This document shows, in pieces, positions 34,507 to 36,183 of a DNA stretch of 36,183 nucleotides. This DNA comes from Minisyncoccia bacterium (GTDB taxonomy: Bacteria; Patescibacteriota; Minisyncoccia; Phycocordibacterales; JAKFXT01): NCBI GenBank assembly GCA_041485465.1, contig JBGPJO010000006.1, positions 1-36,183 on the forward strand, read 5' to 3'. Both the position numbers and the translations under genes were made by a program. The notes beneath the pieces are model-generated. The model had not been told where the DNA came from, did not search any database, and saw only the letters and a program-made list of their open reading frames with translations. The stretch's first letter is position 1, and each line of letters starts with the position of its first letter.

Positions 34507-36183
34507 ATGAAACGGTACGATCCGAAGCAGATAGAAAAAAAGTGGCAGGATATCTGGGAGCGCAAAAAATTGAACATCGCTTCTGAAAATTCGCGGAAGA
34601 AAAAATATTATGTGCTTGTCGAGTTTCCGTATCCTTCGGGCGAGGGGCTTCACATCGGCCACATCAGAAGCTACACCGCGCTTGATATTGTTGCCCGAAA
34701 GCGTCGCGCGGAGGGCTACAATGTGCTCTACCCCATGGGCTGGGATGCCTTTGGTCTGCCGACTGAAAACTACGCCATCAAGACGGGAATACATCCGAAA
34801 ATCGTCACCAAGAAAAATACCGATACATTTCGACGTCAGCTTAAAAGTCTTGGTTTTTCTTTCGATTGGACACGGGAAATAAACACGACGGATCCCCACT
34901 ATTATAAATGGACACAATGGATATTTCTGCAATTTTTTAAAAAAGATCTCGCGTATAAAGCGAAGCGTCCTATCAACTGGTGTCCGTCCTGCAAAATAGG
35001 GCTTGCCGATGAAGAAGTGCTCGATGGCAACTGTGAACGCTGCGGAACCAAGACCGAGAAACGCGATAAAGAGCAGTGGATGCTTGCCATCACCAAATAT
35101 GCCGACCGGCTCGACCGCGATCTTGACGATGTTGATTTTCTCGAAAAAATAAAAATTCAGCAGAGAAACTGGATAGGGAAGTCGGAAGGGGCTGAAATAG
35201 ATTTTGATATTACAGGACGAAAAGAAAAAGTCACCATCTTTACGACGCGCCCTGACACGCTATATGGCGCAACCTACTTGGTGCTTGCGCCCGAGCATCC
35301 GCTTGTCGCGAAGTTCTCGGAGAAAATTTCAAATAAAAAAGAGCTTGGCGAATATGTTCGGAAAGCCGCAAAAAAAAGCGAGATAGAGCGCACCACGGAA
35401 GGCAAAGAAAAAAGCGGGGTTGAGTTAAAAGGTGTTAAGGCGATCAATCCTGCGACGAAAAAAGAGGTGCCTATATATGTTGCTGACTATGTGCTTGCTC
35501 ACTACGGTACGGGAGCAATCATGGCCGTGCCGGCGCATGACGAGCGGGACTATAGCTTTGCCAAGAAATTCAAGCTTCCTGTCGTACAGGTGATCGAACC
35601 CGTATATGAGCAAACGACAGAACCGGGAAAGATAAGAAAGGGCGAGCCATATGACGAGCGCGACGCGATTATCGCTATCGTGAAGCATTGGTCAGAGGAT
35701 AAGTACATGGGGCTTAAATGGAAAGAAGTCGCTTGGGGCACATTCATAACTGGTGGCATCGAAAAAGGGCAGACTGCGGAGGAGGCGGCGAAGATGGAGA
35801 TCAAAGAAGAAACAGGATTCCTTAATCCGAAACTGGTGACGGATTTCGGGAGGGTGCACGGCAAGTTCTATCACGTTCCCAAAAAGGTGAACCGCTTTGC
35901 CCATGCCCGTGTCCTCTATTTTGAGCTTCAAAACGAATCAAAAGCGGAAGTCGCGACGAAGCGCTTGCGTACACTCGAAAAGACCGACGACGGATTCAAG
36001 CTCGCCGAGGCTGACCTCGAAACGCGCGGTGCGGGCGATCTTTTCGGCCGACGCCAGTGGGGCATGTCGGATCTCGGTATGGAGGCACTGAAAAATGTAA
36101 AACTCATCCGCGCAGCGCGTGAGGAAGCTGAAGAAATCGTCCGTACAAATCCTTCCCTTTCCAAACATCCTGCACTTTTAGGG
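34507..36183 (+). CDS. leuS: Leucyl-tRNA synthetase N-terminal part with Nudix insertion, joined in frame to a RecG-like C-terminus; open at window end
   Basis: Manual translation from ATG 34507: [63 protein letters not shown]; Nudix box 35752-35817; RecG-like motif after ~35935. Absent from the ORF track (no stop). Confidence 0.93.
   Translation, partial: MKRYDPKQIEKKWQDIWERKKLNIASENSRKKKYYVLVEFPYPSGEGLHIGHIRSYTALDIVARKRRAEGYNVLYPMGWDAFGLPTENYAIKTGIHPKIVTKKNTDTFRRQLKSLGFSFDWTREINTTDPHYYKWTQWIFLQFFKKDLAYKAKRPINWCPSCKIGLADEEVLDGNCERCGTKTEKRDKEQWMLAITKYADRLDRDLDDVDFLEKIKIQQRNWIGKSEGAEIDFDITGRKEKVTIFTTRPDTLYGATYLVLAPEHPLVAKFSEKISNKKELGEYVRKAAKKSEIERTTEGKEKSGVELKGVKAINPATKKEVPIYVADYVLAHYGTGAIMAVPAHDERDYSFAKKFKLPVVQVIEPVYEQTTEPGKIRKGEPYDERDAIIAIVKHWSEDKYMGLKWKEVAWGTFITGGIEKGQTAEEAAKMEIKEETGFLNPKLVTDFGRVHGKFYHVPKKVNRFAHARVLYFELQNESKAEVATKRLRTLEKTDDGFKLAEADLETRGAGDLFGRRQWGMSDLGMEALKNVKLIRAAREEAEEIVRTNPSLSKHPALLG
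35935..36183 (+). other. recG: RecG helicase C-terminal (TRG motif) coding segment
   Basis: [36 protein letters not shown]...IRAAREEA matches the RecG RL...DGF.IAE.DL..RG.G...G..Q.G motif. Confidence 0.85.

Noticed and set aside
34420-36168. Short ORFs listed over the leuS region
   Set aside because: All are shadows of the uninterrupted leuS frame starting at 34507.
1-36183. CRISPR array, rRNA, IS transposase, diversity-generating retroelement
   Set aside because: No regularly spaced direct repeats, rRNA-like sequence, transposase or reverse-transcriptase motifs seen by eye.

Overview
Bacterial chromosomal window using genetic code 11. Gene content and style suggest Patescibacteria/CPR, probably Parcubacteria (inference from type IV pilin arrays, YHNH-type cupredoxin, DUF5671, Nudix-containing LeuRS and mostly SD-less, short-leader genes). 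From left to right: (1) one end of an integrated element (~1-4900) with a large serine recombinase missed by the ORF track, a structured recombinase leader, a ~195-nt multi-stem candidate ncRNA, an Abi-alpha-like gene pair and phage-like genes; (2) pterin dehydratase, then a mannose-phosphate cluster (HAD-IIB phosphomannomutase, cupin isomerase, two double-domain GH130 proteins); (3) two paralogous secreted-protein cassettes, one frameshifted; (4) MazG-like protein, ABC-2 exporter and tRNA-Ala(GGC); (5) a type IV pilus/T2SS-like locus; (6) three C34 tRNAs; (7) a candidate redox-sensing module of cupredoxin, His-rich membrane protein, a ferredoxin-reductase-PAS-PAS-histidine kinase fusion and two stand-alone receivers; (8) cfa, RND pump, flavodoxin-like reductase, ychF, DUF5671; (9) leuS with a Nudix insertion, which switches in frame into a RecG-like C-terminus at the window end. 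Best candidates for undescribed biology are the reductase-fused kinase module and the structured RNA. All family calls are by eye from motifs; no searches were run.
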